Below are positions 29,693 through 37,974 of a stretch of DNA of 45,532 bases, piece after piece (position 1 is the stretch's first letter; every line of letters starts with the position of its first letter). A program made the position numbers and the translations under genes. The notes beneath the pieces are model-generated. The model was not told the DNA's origin. It saw nothing but the letters and a program-made list of their open reading frames with translations, and searched no databases. The stretch is from sequence record DRR723986_8415. One strand, written 5' to 3'.

Positions 29693-30130
29693 TTGTCCGG
29701 TCCCGATCAACTTGCTCCCTTTCATCTTGCGATCGAAGTCAAGGACTTGCCATCGTCCCGCGACTTCTATGGCGGCCTGCTGGGATTTAACGAGGGACGC
29801 AGCAGTGAAACATGGATCGACTACGATTTTATGGGCCACCAGGTCGTGGTGCATGTCAGTGCGAATTATCCTGCTTCGCGAGAGTCAAGTGGTAATCCCG
29901 TGGATGGGAAGCACGTTCCCGTTCCCCACTTCGGAGTCGTGTTGTCAATGCAGCGTTGGCGCGAGCTTGCAGAACGCCTGAGAGCTGCGGGGGTTGAGTT
30001 TGTGATTGAGCCCTACGTTCGATTCGAAGGCGAAGTTGGCGAACAAGCCACGATGTTTTTCCTTGATCCAAGCGGCAATGCGTTGGAGTTCAAAGCGTTT
30101 GCCGACATGTCACAGTTGTTTGCAAAGTGA
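29693..30130 (+). CDS. VOC/glyoxalase-family protein
   Basis: [53 protein letters not shown] upstream of TTG. Confidence 0.9.
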   Translation: MSGPDQLAPFHLAIEVKDLPSSRDFYGGLLGFNEGRSSETWIDYDFMGHQVVVHVSANYPASRESSGNPVDGKHVPVPHFGVVLSMQRWRELAERLRAAGVEFVIEPYVRFEGEVGEQATMFFLDPSGNALEFKAFADMSQLFAK

Positions 30131-30140
30131 GTCACCGGGC

Positions 30141-30776
30141 ATGACGAAATCAATTTGGCCCGAAAGCGATCAGACCCAAGAGCTGCTCAACGCCGCGAAA
30201 GATGGCAACAAGGTTGCCATCGACGATCTCTTCCAGCGTCACCGCGACTCATTGCGCCGGCTTGTTGCGATGCGTATCGACCAAAAGATCCTTCGCCGCA
30301 TCGACGTTAGTGATGTTGTTCAAGACGTGTTGGTGGAAGCCAACCGCAGACTGAAGGACTATCTAGAGAATCCGGTGATGTCATTTCATCTCTGGATTCG
30401 ACAGATTGCTAAAGATCGGATGATTGATGCGCACCGCCGACATCGTGGATCTGCGAAGCGGAGCATTGATCGAGAACAAGCGATGTCAGCCGGAGTTGTG
30501 GATCAGTCTACGGTTGATTTAATTGCGCAGATTACGGACCAGGAGATGACGCCCGCAGCGGCTGCTACCCAGCAGGAGCTCGCGCACCAGTTGAGGGCTG
30601 CAATCGAAAAACTAGAAGAGCGTGACCAAGAAATTATCTTTATGCGACACTTTGAGCAGCTTTCAAACCAGGAAGTCGCCCAAGTGCTCGGCCTGACGGA
30701 ACCTGCTGCAAGTATGCGTTACCTACGCGGATTAAAGAGATTGCGTGCTGCCTTGGATGAGATCACGCAATTCTGA
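30141..30776 (+). CDS. ECF sigma-70 factor, planctomycete-type
   Basis: Region 2 (HRDSLRRLV..RIDVSDVVQD..WIRQIA...IDAHRRH); region 4 (L.ERDQEIIFMRHFEQLSNQEVAQVLG...AASMRYLRGL). ATG 10 nt after the VOC stop. Confidence 0.92.
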   Translation: MTKSIWPESDQTQELLNAAKDGNKVAIDDLFQRHRDSLRRLVAMRIDQKILRRIDVSDVVQDVLVEANRRLKDYLENPVMSFHLWIRQIAKDRMIDAHRRHRGSAKRSIDREQAMSAGVVDQSTVDLIAQITDQEMTPAAAATQQELAHQLRAAIEKLEERDQEIIFMRHFEQLSNQEVAQVLGLTEPAASMRYLRGLKRLRAALDEITQF

Positions 30777-30970
30777 TGACTGCCTCTCTCTGTCAGCAGT
30801 CTCCTTATTTTCTGAACGAATGATCGCCGTCTGAATCAACCGCTGGTTTGACGCTAAAGTCAGCTGTGCATCAAAGCTTCGTGTCTGGCTCTAGGAAGCA
30901 GGCGGTATCCCGGTGTACAATGGTCCATCAGAGTCAACGATAACGGTAAGTTGCAACGGGCCAATGTCTG

Positions 30971-31513
30971 ATGAGCGCATTTTTCTTCGAGAGTCCAATT
31001 TGGATTGTCCTGTGCGGCGGTTTCATTGTGGCCGTGGCAGCCTACTTCTGGAGTCAAACCGGAAATCGCGCGGCAGCGTACACCGCGATCGGGAGCCTAG
31101 CACTAACCGTTATTCTCGCAATGGTCAATGTGCAAGTCGTCACGACTCGCGAATCAGTAGCAAAGTTGCTCGATGAAGTTGCCGCTGAACTGCGTGTAAA
31201 CAACTTTGAGGCGGTATACTCCTACATTCACCCTGACGCACAGCCAGTCATTCAGCAAGCGAAGAGTGAGTTGTCGAATTTCAAGTTCTTTGAAGCCAAG
31301 ATTACTCGTATCAAAGACATTGCTGTTAACGATTCAACAAATCCTCGCACCGTTGTCGCCCAATTTAACGCGTTCGCTGAGCTGGAGACTCAGGGGCATA
31401 AGGTCTCGGTGCCCAGATTCGTAAAGGTGACGTTTTCTGAGGATAACGGACAATGGCTGGTTACGGGCTATGAGCACTTCGAGCCAGCCCAAGGATTTAA
31501 AAGAGATCCGTAG
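30971..31513 (+). CDS. Hypothetical membrane protein (2 TM helices + probable NTF2-like domain)
   Basis: Two hydrophobic helices followed by an alpha/beta region ending DNGQWLVTGY; TACAAT at 30916-30921 upstream. Confidence 0.75.
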   Translation: MSAFFFESPIWIVLCGGFIVAVAAYFWSQTGNRAAAYTAIGSLALTVILAMVNVQVVTTRESVAKLLDEVAAELRVNNFEAVYSYIHPDAQPVIQQAKSELSNFKFFEAKITRIKDIAVNDSTNPRTVVAQFNAFAELETQGHKVSVPRFVKVTFSEDNGQWLVTGYEHFEPAQGFKRDP

Positions 31514-31518
31514 CCGGA

Positions 31519-32529
31519 ATGGAAACTCGCGTCTTAACATCCCCTGACGAAGCAGCTTGCATTATTCGAGAGGGCGGATTGTGCGCTTTCCCAACGGAGA
31601 CGGTCTACGGTCTCGGTGTTGATGCAACCAACGTCGATGCCGTCCAGCGTCTCTTTGCCGCCAAAGGACGCCCGAGCGACAATCCACTGATTGTTCACCT
31701 TGGCGATGTTTCGCAGATTGCAACCGCTGCCAGCTATGTTACTGAAAACGCTAGGCTGCTCCTGGAAGCTTTTGCCCCAGGGCCGATCACGGTTGTTCTA
31801 TCAAAGCAGCGAAGCATCTTGGATCAAGTTACGGGAGGCTTACCGACGGTTGGAATTCGTATCCCGGAAAATAGGCTGGCGCGGCAATTGCTCTCTGCGG
31901 TCGATAAGCCCGTGGCTGCCCCAAGTGCCAACGTAAGTGGCCGGCCAAGTTGCACAACTTGGCAAAGCGTTGTTGATGATCTCGATGGCCGCATCGACGG
32001 CGTACTCAAAGGGGATCCAAGCGCGGTCGGTATTGAGTCGACAGTAGTTGACTGCACCGGGGAGGAGGCTGTTCTTCTGAGGCCCGGCGGCGTGACGCTC
32101 GAGCAACTTCAAGCGGTGGTTCCCGTGGTTTCACCAGCCTGGGTAGCCAGCCATGGTTCGCAAAGCGGTGCCGCTGAGCATAAGGCAATCGACCTGCCGA
32201 ATTCGCCTGGTCTTCGCTATCGTCATTACCAACCGAACGCAGTCGTTCACCTTCTTGGCGGGGCCGAAGAGCCATTGCCACCAGACCTGACCGGGCAAGT
32301 CCTTTTTATTGCGGTCGGTGAAGTTGGTGAACTGGAGAGTCGCGAGCCGGGGCGGCGAGCGAACCGAATTGTCGCGTTATCAAGTATCGAAGAGTTTGCT
32401 GAGCGATTTTATGAGCTGTTAAGGGGAGCTGACAGAGATGGCTTCTCGCACATTCTTCTTCAACGGGCCCCCGAAATGGGACTCGGCGCGTCTCTGCTGG
32501 ACCGTCAACGACGCGCTGCAGCTCGATAA
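31519..32529 (+). CDS. sua5: L-threonylcarbamoyladenylate synthase (Sua5-type, YrdC + SUA5 domains)
   Basis: FPTETVYGLG, KGRPSDNPLIVH, AAPSANVSG, GIESTVVD, SPGLRYRHYQP. Confidence 0.95.
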   Translation: METRVLTSPDEAACIIREGGLCAFPTETVYGLGVDATNVDAVQRLFAAKGRPSDNPLIVHLGDVSQIATAASYVTENARLLLEAFAPGPITVVLSKQRSILDQVTGGLPTVGIRIPENRLARQLLSAVDKPVAAPSANVSGRPSCTTWQSVVDDLDGRIDGVLKGDPSAVGIESTVVDCTGEEAVLLRPGGVTLEQLQAVVPVVSPAWVASHGSQSGAAEHKAIDLPNSPGLRYRHYQPNAVVHLLGGAEEPLPPDLTGQVLFIAVGEVGELESREPGRRANRIVALSSIEEFAERFYELLRGADRDGFSHILLQRAPEMGLGASLLDRQRRAAAR

Positions 32530-32536
32530 CTCCTTG

Positions 32537-34000
32537 CTAGGTGCCGCAGAAAGTCGCTCGGACCACTTCGCTTGGCTGTGGAGCCGATTCGTATTCAGCG
32601 TATTCCTCTCTATGCTCAAATGGAGATTGAGTCACGTCGAGCAACCGATGAAACGGTCCGTAATCGCCCTCATATGCAGCCTGAATGGTCTCCTCAATTC
32701 GGTGGTTTCTTGGGATGTAGATTGGGTTGTGGGTCCGCATCAAGTTCATTGCTTGTTCACGATTAGTCGACTCCATCCGTTTGGTCCAGTCGTCCAGCCA
32801 AGCCGTAATGGAATCGGCACTTGCGAAGAGTTCAACAACTTTTTGTTGGTCGCTGGTCGTCGCGAGAGCTGATGTCAAGTGTCGGAACACGAGCGTAAAG
32901 TCGGCACCGCCGCAAGCCATTGTCGATAGCAGCGACTCGACCAGATTCCAGTCCCCCTCTTGAGGTGAGTCAATTCCAATCTTGGCCAGGTATCGCCTTC
33001 GGAGTGCTGCCTGATGCAAATCTGGAAACGTATGAATCGTTTCCGTTGCAACCTCGATCGCCTTCTCTGGTGTTTCATCGATCAAAGGCAGCAGTGTTTC
33101 AGCAAGTCGAGCGAGATTCCAATGAGCCATCGTCGCCTGGTTGCCAAAGGCGTAGCGCCCCTGTTGGTCGATGGAACTGAACGTCTTCATCGGTTCATAG
33201 TCGTCCATCATGGCGCAGGGCCCGTAATCGATTGTCTCTCCGCTAATGGATGTGTTATCCGTGTTCATGACTCCGTGAATAAAGCCAAGTTGCATCCAGT
33301 GCGCAACCAACTCAGCATGACGACGGATTACTTGCGACAGTAAGTCGAGATAGGGCGATTCGGAATTTTCCAAATCTGGATAGTGTCGAGAAATGACATA
33401 GTCGGCGAGCAACTTTAGGTTGTCGGTGTCTTGCCGCGCTGCGAACCACTGAAACGTTCCGACTCGGATGTGGGAAGCGGCGATTCTAGTAAAGACACCA
33501 CCTGGCACCTGAGATTCGCGGTAGACGTCTTCTCCAGTGCTTACTGCGGCAAGGGCTCGGGTTGTTGGAACTCCCATTGAAGCCATTGCTTCAGACATAA
33601 TGTACTCGCGCAGGACCGGTCCAAGTGCGCTTCTGCCGTCGCCTCGTCGCGAGAACGGGGTTGGCCCAGATCCCTTCAACTGCACGTCATATCGATCGCC
33701 CGAAGTTGTTAGGACTTCGCCCAGAAGTACTGCTCTCCCATCGCCCAACTGGGGAGAGAAGCCGCCGAACTGGTGTCCCGAGTACGCCATCGCGATTGGG
33801 GATGCACCTTGCGGTACATCGTTGCCAGAGAGCACCCTCAGCGCTTGATCGGTCTTAAGGTAGTCAACATCGATACCGAGTTGCTCAGCCAAACCGAAGT
33901 TGATCTTGATCGCAGACGGCGCTGCCACCGGGGTTGGTCCTACGCTGGCATAGAATGCATCTGGCAGCCGAGCATAGGTGTTATCAAATTTGATCGTCAT
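32537..34000 (-). CDS. selO: Protein adenylyltransferase SelO (YdiU family)
   Basis: YSGHQFG, QLGDGRA, QLKGSGPTPFSRRGDGRS, REY, HGVMNTDN, IDYGP, TFCGT end. ATG 34000 (MTIKFDNTY) chosen. Confidence 0.95.
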   Translation of the reverse strand: MTIKFDNTYARLPDAFYASVGPTPVAAPSAIKINFGLAEQLGIDVDYLKTDQALRVLSGNDVPQGASPIAMAYSGHQFGGFSPQLGDGRAVLLGEVLTTSGDRYDVQLKGSGPTPFSRRGDGRSALGPVLREYIMSEAMASMGVPTTRALAAVSTGEDVYRESQVPGGVFTRIAASHIRVGTFQWFAARQDTDNLKLLADYVISRHYPDLENSESPYLDLLSQVIRRHAELVAHWMQLGFIHGVMNTDNTSISGETIDYGPCAMMDDYEPMKTFSSIDQQGRYAFGNQATMAHWNLARLAETLLPLIDETPEKAIEVATETIHTFPDLHQAALRRRYLAKIGIDSPQEGDWNLVESLLSTMACGGADFTLVFRHLTSALATTSDQQKVVELFASADSITAWLDDWTKRMESTNREQAMNLMRTHNPIYIPRNHRIEETIQAAYEGDYGPFHRLLDVTQSPFEHREEYAEYESAPQPSEVVRATFCGT

Positions 34001-34162
34001 ATGTGCATCCGAGGCAGTTGTCTGGTGCGTTGTCCTGGCAATTCTGTGGCTCCGCACCACATTATCAACCGCTCGACAAGGCTTGGCTAGCAGTCCGTAC
34101 ACGCCTATAACAAAGCACTGTGCCAATACGCACTCATTGTCGCCCATAATAAGGTAGAGCAT

Positions 34163-35071
34163 ATGCCTTTAGGAATCCGACCGACAGTTGACTTCGCATT
34201 CAAGAAGATTTTCGGTTCTCCCCAAAACTCGGCCGCACTGATCGGTCTACTCAACGCAATCCTGCGACTGAAACGTCCCATTGTTTCGGTCGAGATCCTC
34301 AATCCGTTCAGCTACCAGGAGTTCGCGGACAGCAAAATGGTAGTCCTGGACGTACGGTGCCAAGATTCGGCGGGGCGGCTGCTCAATGTAGAAATGCAGG
34401 TGTCCGTGTACTCTGGGTTGTTGGAAAGATTGGTCTACTACGCTTGCAGCATGTATGTTGACCAACTGTCCAAGGGGGGCAACTACGTGCAGGCAGCTCC
34501 CGCGATTTCGATTTGCCTTCTAAGTCGTCCTTTGTTCGATGATACCGACCAACCGCAACACTGCTTCCGAATGACTGACGGGGAGAGCGGACGAAGGCTC
34601 GCCAATGCGGTCGAAGTCCACACAGTTGAGCTTACGAAGTACAATTTAGATGAGGCCACTATCTCTGAAGCCGATAAACTGGAGCAATGGGCATTTCTTC
34701 TACGTCGTGCACAGGACTACGATGCAGACCAGTTGAGGAATTTCCTGCCAGGAAGCGAGTTCGAATCCGCCATCGACTCGATATCCGTCATCTCCGCCAA
34801 AACCCAGGACAAGCTAATGTACGATCAAAGAGAGAAAGTCCAACGTGATTTTGAGTGGGCCATTACAGGTGCTAAGCAAGCAGCCCGCGAAGAAGGGCTC
34901 AAGGAGGGCCGGGAGGAGGGCAGGAAAGCTCAGATGGTTGCGACGGTTCGCATGCTGCAAGGGCTCCTTGGTCAAGCTGTAGACGACGCTACTTGGGAAT
35001 CGAAGTCGGTTGAAGAATTGTCCAAGATGATAGATTCGTTGCAGGAGCAGTTGCGAGCTCGAACACGTTAG
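34163..35071 (+). CDS. Rpn-family recombination-promoting nuclease / PD-(D/E)xK 'putative transposase'
   Basis: DFAFKKIFG, LDV, NVEMQ, ERLVYYAC, VELTK, LEQW, C-terminal EEG..EG..EEG repeat. Confidence 0.9.
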   Translation: MPLGIRPTVDFAFKKIFGSPQNSAALIGLLNAILRLKRPIVSVEILNPFSYQEFADSKMVVLDVRCQDSAGRLLNVEMQVSVYSGLLERLVYYACSMYVDQLSKGGNYVQAAPAISICLLSRPLFDDTDQPQHCFRMTDGESGRRLANAVEVHTVELTKYNLDEATISEADKLEQWAFLLRRAQDYDADQLRNFLPGSEFESAIDSISVISAKTQDKLMYDQREKVQRDFEWAITGAKQAAREEGLKEGREEGRKAQMVATVRMLQGLLGQAVDDATWESKSVEELSKMIDSLQEQLRARTR

Positions 35072-35097
35072 CGTGGTGAAAAGAACGGACGAGAAAC

Positions 35098-35937
35098 TTG
35101 AAGAACGTGCTTGCCGCATTAGTGGCTTTTGTCGTCGGTGGAATTGTGGTGGCGGTGGTTCAGACTTTCGGGGCAGTCATCCATCCCATTCCCGAAGGAG
35201 TGCGACTTGACGATGCAGACGCCTTGAAGACACATGCTGAGGCTGCACCACTGGCAGCCAAGTTGGTTGTTGTGTTGGCTTGGGCGTTGGGTGGATTAGC
35301 GGCTGGCTTTGTAGCCCGTTTCCTGGCGGCCAAGCACGCGCTCTTGCCCGGCTGCATCGTTCTGGGCGTCTTCACGGTTGCCGTTGTCGTGCAGTTGGTG
35401 ACCATTCCGTCACCGCTGTGGATGTGGGTGGCAGGAATCATCTCGTTTCCAGTTATGGGGCTGGTCGGCATGTCGCTTGTACCGGGCTGCAACCACAATG
35501 TGACAACGACAAGGCAGATATCTGCGTCGCTTCCTGTGGTCTTTGAAGTGATCGCGTCACCAAGCGGTTTCCAAGCTGCAGTGCCTGGCATTCAGGATGT
35601 CGAGTTCCTGAGTGAGGTTCAATCCGGTGTAGGGACTCGTTTTGTTGAGACGCGGATTATGAATGGCCGCGAAGCAAAGGCCGAGTTAGAAGTCACAGAG
35701 CTAACCGAGAACGAAAGTGTGCGAATCGTATCTGATATGGGAGGCACCGTCTGGGACACCGTTTTTCAAGTGCGTCCAAATGATGGCGTGACCGAACTTA
35801 CGATGAGTATGGATGCGCGGCCGCACAATCCGTTTGCCAGCTTGGTGACGCCATGTATCCTACCGATGGTCGCCAAGGCTGTTGAATCAGACATGGATGC
35901 GGTCAAGGATCACTGTGAAAGCCTTAGCACACAGTGA
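35098..35937 (+). CDS. Four-TM membrane domain fused to an SRPBCC (START-like) domain
   Basis: About 130 hydrophobic residues, then VTTTRQISAS..VF..GVGTRFVETR..EVTE..TELTM. Confidence 0.78.
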   Translation: MKNVLAALVAFVVGGIVVAVVQTFGAVIHPIPEGVRLDDADALKTHAEAAPLAAKLVVVLAWALGGLAAGFVARFLAAKHALLPGCIVLGVFTVAVVVQLVTIPSPLWMWVAGIISFPVMGLVGMSLVPGCNHNVTTTRQISASLPVVFEVIASPSGFQAAVPGIQDVEFLSEVQSGVGTRFVETRIMNGREAKAELEVTELTENESVRIVSDMGGTVWDTVFQVRPNDGVTELTMSMDARPHNPFASLVTPCILPMVAKAVESDMDAVKDHCESLSTQ

Positions 35938-36015
35938 TGGTGGATTGGCTGTTCTGACGTTTGCGGACGGCGAGCGCCCACCAATCGTTCCAGTGGCTTC
36001 TACAGAAGTCTGCAT

Positions 36016-36759
36016 CTAAAGAGTTTGGCCGCCGTCGATAGACAAAAGTTGCCCGGTGGTCATTCGGGTCCCAGTCGCGAAGAAAATGACTCCGTCGGCA
36101 ATTTCGTCTGGCTGCGAGGCACGTGGTAACGGCAAGTCCTTGGTCATCTCCGTCAGGTCCCAGTTGTTGTTGCCTTCACGAATCCATCGCGAGTCGATTG
36201 GGCCGGGCAAGACTGCATTAACACGGACCTTCGGTGCAAGAGCTAGCGCGAGGGATTTGGTCATCGTGTTGATTGCACCTTTGCTGGCCGCGTAAGCGAT
36301 ACTTGATCCACGGCCGGTGAGCCCCGCTACTGAGCTAACATTCACAATCGAGCCGTCGCTCTTGGCGAGTAGATTGGCTGCTGCTCGAGAGCAAAAGAAG
36401 GTGCCCTTTAAGTTGACTTGCAGGATGCGATCCCACATTGATTCCTCGAGGCCGTCCAAGTCATCGAGTGGAACGAAGTGTGTCATCGCGGCGTTGTTTA
36501 CCAGTACGTCGAGACGGCCAAAATACTCTTCCACTTCCTTGACCATTTCTTTCACAGCAGCGTCGTTACCAACATCGCAGGCGATGACGTGGGCAGAGCC
36601 ACCGTGCTCCGCAACGAGTCGTGAGGTTTCCTCGGCCTCCGCTTTGCTGCGTGAGTAGTTGATGACGACGCTGTATCCTAGAGCGGCAAACCTCAAGCAG
36701 CATGCCCTGCCGACTCCTGTTCCGCCCCCGGTAACGAGAGCAACCTTGTTCGTGTTCAT
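36016..36759 (-). CDS. Short-chain dehydrogenase/reductase (FabG-like)
   Basis: TGGGTGVG, NNAA, SSVAG, YAASK, VRVNAVLPG, TGQ..IDGG. ATG 36759 chosen. Confidence 0.93.
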   Translation of the reverse strand: MNTNKVALVTGGGTGVGRACCLRFAALGYSVVINYSRSKAEAEETSRLVAEHGGSAHVIACDVGNDAAVKEMVKEVEEYFGRLDVLVNNAAMTHFVPLDDLDGLEESMWDRILQVNLKGTFFCSRAAANLLAKSDGSIVNVSSVAGLTGRGSSIAYAASKGAINTMTKSLALALAPKVRVNAVLPGPIDSRWIREGNNNWDLTEMTKDLPLPRASQPDEIADGVIFFATGTRMTTGQLLSIDGGQTL

Positions 36760-36800
36760 CGAGTTTATCCAAGCTGTGTCATGTTGCCATAATTTTAGAG

Positions 36801-36823
36801 TGCTACAATCTTGGGCGATTGTA
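36801..36823. promoter_or_regulatory. Symmetric element TACAATC-N6-GATTGTA (bidirectional promoter or operator) between divergent SDR and GTPase genes
   Basis: Perfect 7-bp inverted repeat at 36804-36810 / 36817-36823; the plus-strand copy is preceded by TG-C (extended -10). Confidence 0.5.
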
Positions 36824-36935
36824 ACCGCAACGAGCCCACCAGTCGTCAGGTCCAACGCGTGTCGGCTGAGGCCGGTTTGGGGAGTGGGATTCTAGCGTGG
36901 GCTCCGCTTAGCTATTGACTGCATCGAGATGACTT

Positions 36936-37925
36936 ATGCCAGCGAATTTGACGCCGCAATATCACAAAGCTGAAGCCGCCTATCGCGCTGCCGAAACGCC
37001 GCAAGAGGAGTTGGATTGTTTGCAGGTGATGCTTAGGGAAATCCCGAAGCATAAGGGAACGGACAAGTTGCAGGCCGACTTGAAAGCGAAAATCGCGAAG
37101 GTCAAGGCGGAATCGCAAAAGGCCAGCTCAAGTCCTCGGCCGCTGTCAAATAAGATTCCCAAGCAAGGCGCCGGACGCGTGTTGTTGCTGGGGGCACCGA
37201 ACGCCGGAAAGAGCAGGTTATTGTCAGAGCTCACACGCGCGCAGCCGGAAGTTGCCGACTACCCATTCACGACCCAAACTCCCATGCCTGGGATGATGAT
37301 GTTTGAAAATTGTCCATTCCAGTTGATTGATCTTCCCCCTGTGACCAATGACTTTCTGGAAGGTTCGGTGGTTGGACTTGTTCGGGGGGCGGATTTGGTG
37401 CTGCTGACGATTGATCTGGCAAGTGACAATCTGATCGAAGATACGCAGGCAGTATTGGATCGATTTACCGACGGCAAGACACGACTGGGCAGAGAGACTG
37501 CACTGGATGAAGTTGATGTTGGTGTAAGTTACACGCAGACCGTCGCCGTTTTCAATAAACTAGATGCACCGGGTGCAAAAGAGCGGCTTGAGCTGCTGGA
37601 CGAATTCATCGACTTGCCCTTTGATCGCATCCTTTGTAGCTGCGAAACGGGCGAAGGTTTAGATGAAATTCGGCAACAGACTTTCAAGCGGCTTGAAGTC
37701 GTGCGGGTTTACTTGAAGCATCCCAAGGCCAAAGAGGCGGATCGGGACAAGCCCTACATGGTGCGAGAGGGCGACACATTGGTCGAAGTGGCGGAGCAAG
37801 TTCACCGCGATTGGGCCGACTCGCTCAAAGGAGCAAGAGTCTGGGGCGATAAGGTGCACGATGGCACGATTGTTAAGCCAGACTATCAGCCGGTTGACGA
37901 AGACGTTGTAGAAATGAACGTCTAA
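36936..37925 (+). CDS. DRG/OBG-family GTPase with C-terminal TGS domain
   Basis: MPANL..IPKHKGT, KQGAG, G1 GAPNAGKS, G2 YPFTT, G3 DLPP, G4 NKLD; TGS VRVY.K..VHRD..ARVWG..DEDVVE. Confidence 0.88.
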   Translation: MPANLTPQYHKAEAAYRAAETPQEELDCLQVMLREIPKHKGTDKLQADLKAKIAKVKAESQKASSSPRPLSNKIPKQGAGRVLLLGAPNAGKSRLLSELTRAQPEVADYPFTTQTPMPGMMMFENCPFQLIDLPPVTNDFLEGSVVGLVRGADLVLLTIDLASDNLIEDTQAVLDRFTDGKTRLGRETALDEVDVGVSYTQTVAVFNKLDAPGAKERLELLDEFIDLPFDRILCSCETGEGLDEIRQQTFKRLEVVRVYLKHPKAKEADRDKPYMVREGDTLVEVAEQVHRDWADSLKGARVWGDKVHDGTIVKPDYQPVDEDVVEMNV

Positions 37926-37974
37926 ATTGTCCACGACATGCAGTTGTGCTAGCCAGCGACTCTAACGAGCAATT

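Noticed and set aside
32537-32551. Possible selenocysteine read-through at the SelO C-terminus
   Set aside because: The gene ends FCGT-TAG with Cys and no in-frame TGA, so there is no basis for Sec.
34001-34162. 54-aa N-terminal extension of SelO in the ORF track
   Set aside because: Family similarity begins at MTIKFDN (34000). The extension would fill the whole divergent promoter region up to the Rpn start.
34163-35071. Rpn gene as an IS/transposon
   Set aside because: No terminal inverted repeats or target-site duplication seen; the 'transposase' label for this family is historical.
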